Below are positions 62,469 to 64,000 of a DNA stretch of 64,000 bases, piece by piece (position 1 is the first letter of the stretch; each line of letters begins with the position of its first letter). Both the position numbers and the translations under genes were made by a program. The notes under the pieces were generated by a model. It saw only the letters and a program-made list of their open reading frames with translations, did no database searches and was not told where the DNA came from. This DNA comes from an uncultured Solirubrobacteraceae bacterium (GTDB taxonomy: Bacteria > Actinomycetota > Thermoleophilia > Solirubrobacterales > Solirubrobacteraceae), in contig CAVOTJ010000002.1 of NCBI GenBank assembly GCA_963699115.1, positions 2,713-66,712 on the forward strand, given 5' to 3'.

Positions 62469-62932
62469 TGTCGAGGCCGCAGAAGCACGCTTCGGCGAGT
62501 TCGCGGCAGAGTGGCGAGCGCTCTACCCAGCGATGATCCGCTCCTGGGAGAACGCGTGGGAGGAGTTCGTGCCATTCCTCGAGTTCCCCGTCGAGCTCCG
62601 CCGCATCGTCTACACGACAAACGCGATCGAGTCGCTGAACGCTAGATTCCGCCGCGCTGTCCGCCATCGCGGTCATTTCCCGAACGAGCAAGCCGCGATG
62701 AAGGTCCTCTACCTCGTCGCCACCACCCGAAGGAAAAACCGTGAGAACCTGACCGGCAGAATCAGCAACTGGAAGCAAGCACTGAACATCCTGACCATCC
62801 ACTACGGCGACAGACTCGACGCCACGCAGTAGCTAGCCAGACATCTCACAACCAACAAGTCATTTACACAAACAAACTGACAGTCCCGCCGGCCTGGATC
62901 GATCGGAACGGCATGCGACGCTATGGACTGAG

Positions 62933-63130
62933 ATGGAGCCGGCTCGCGTGACGCTCAGTGGGGACCTATCTGGCGACTACCTGGTCGAGGAGCTTCGTCC
63001 TGATGGACGAGTCGTCTTGCGCCCCGGCCTGAGCGTCAAGGCCATCCTCTCCCGCCACGACGAGCGCGAGCTGACCCCGGAGGAGTTCGAGCAGCAGTTC
63101 GCGGAGTCGCCCACCGACGGCGAGGGCTGA
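62933..63130 (+). CDS. Small hypothetical protein (antitoxin-like)
   Basis: 65 aa with acidic tail. Confidence 0.5.
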   Translation: MEPARVTLSGDLSGDYLVEELRPDGRVVLRPGLSVKAILSRHDERELTPEEFEQQFAESPTDGEG

Positions 63131-63200
63131 AAGCCCCGGACACTCCGGCCGGTGCTACGGTTGGATCAGTGCGGTGCTCGCGGCCCGCAAGCACATCGCG

Positions 63201-63440
63201 CTATGTCGCCTGACGCTTCTCTCCGTCGTCGTGGATCAACGTGGACAGTCCAACGCCCAGGCCGTCGGACAAGGCGATCAGCACGTCCAATCTCGGGTCG
63301 GTCAGTCCGGCCTCGAGCTTGGCCACTCGCGTCGGGCTGATGCCGCATCGGTCGGCCAGATCAACGACGGTAAGCAGCTTCTGCTCGCGCACCCGTCTTA
63401 GCTGCTCGCCCAAGCGAATCAGCTCTATTCGGTTGTCCAT
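63201..63440 (-). CDS. XRE-family HTH regulator
   Basis: LGEQLRRVREQKLLTVVDLA...VAKLEAG..DPRLDVL; AGGAGG RBS. Confidence 0.85.
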   Translation of the reverse strand: MDNRIELIRLGEQLRRVREQKLLTVVDLADRCGISPTRVAKLEAGLTDPRLDVLIALSDGLGVGLSTLIHDDGEKRQAT

Positions 63441-64000
63441 GTGCTCCTCCTGTCGGTAGTTGTACGGGGGGCGCGAGGCAGTAGCCGACGCCCCAGGTCG
63501 AGGACACCCAGCCGGCCGCGCCGGCCTCGGCGAGCTTGCGGCGCAACCGCGAGGCGTGGGACTCCACCGTCCGAGTCGCGTCTTGCGACGGGTAGCCCCA
63601 AACCTGGCGCAGCAGCTCGGCCTTGGCGACGACGCGCGCCGGTTCACGCGCGAGGTAGAGCAGCAGCGCGTACTCGCGTCTGCGTAGCTCCACAGGCGTC
63701 GACCCGTAGATCACCGTCCGCGTGGCCGTGTGGATCGTCAGAGCCCCGCAGCGGATCACCGGCGGCGTCTCGCCGGTGGGACGCCGCAGAAGCGCTCGCA
63801 CTCGCGCGAGCAGCTCCGCGTATATGAACGGAGCGCGGATCACATCGTCCGCGCCTGCCTCGAACGCGCGCAGCGTGTCCGTGGCGTCGCTGCTAGTGCT
63901 GACCCACAGGACACGAGCGCCGGAACCCGCGAGTTCGCCCCCTCGCAGGGCACGTAGAGCGCCGAGCCCTGCGCCACGCCTCGACGCACGGCCAAAGACG
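63361..64000 (-). CDS. OmpR-family pseudo-receiver regulator (5' end beyond the window)
   Basis: AFEAGADDVIRAPF, VWGY...TRTVESHASRLRRKL; paralogue of 12689-13495. Confidence 0.85.
   Translation of the reverse strand, partial: VFGRASRRGAGLGALRALRGGELAGSGARVLWVSTSSDATDTLRAFEAGADDVIRAPFIYAELLARVRALLRRPTGETPPVIRCGALTIHTATRTVIYGSTPVELRRREYALLLYLAREPARVVAKAELLRQVWGYPSQDATRTVESHASRLRRKLAEAGAAGWVSSTWGVGYCLAPPVQLPTGGAHGQPNRADSLGRAAKTGARAEAAYRR

Larger units (their letters stand above)
57429..62887 (+). mobile_element. IS256-family element (outer), transposase split into 57501-58384, 59884-59952 and 62472-62832
   Basis: IRs GGGTCTGTCCGGAAGTTTGTGTA / rc GGGACTGTCAGTTTGTTTGTGTA; the pieces rejoin in frame; no matching TSD. 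Confidence 0.92.
52491..64000. mobile_element. Element D: integrative element at tRNA-Gly, extends beyond the window
   Basis: att remnant, GCTACCCA x4 arm-like repeats, integrase, Xis, relaxase remnant, XRE, response regulator. Confidence 0.8.

Overview
High-GC actinobacterial DNA (Thermoleophilia/Solirubrobacterales-like by gene style; an inference) dominated by mobile elements, with scattered frameshifts typical of long-read consensus. Layout: (1) 1-3291 is one giant fold-back palindrome centred at 1640/1641. (2) Two integrative mobilizable elements lie in tandem at the 3' end of tRNA-Val(GAC). Element A (~1641-13942) has a tyrosine integrase, a Replic_Relax relaxase, a VirD4-like protein, a TA pair, a DUF5677-like protein and an XF1762/Mom-like protein. 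Element B (13919-30350, 24-bp att repeat) has an integrase, a MobF relaxase, a TIR protein, DUF3800 and a co-oriented rmuC-SIR2-HerA-KTSC cluster. (3) An HtrA-like protease and tRNA-Cys are followed by an integrase-less island led by an IS1182-like DDE transposase. (4) Core genes: TlpA, SCO, c-di-AMP riboswitch plus NlpC/P60 hydrolase, comM/yifB, dprA, GGDEF-EAL. (5) Element D starts at a tRNA-Gly(GCC) 3'-half att site and its relaxase is destroyed by a four-IS nest (IS256 containing a second IS256 and an IS3 that contains an IS30). The most striking unexplained signals are: five abutting CATG-centred perfect palindromes with unrelated arms, closed by an outer stem (45292-45442); an unnamed 'LPESPQHR' protein family present in three different elements; a pseudo-receiver regulator shared by two elements; and the rmuC/KTSC-flanked SIR2-HerA cluster.
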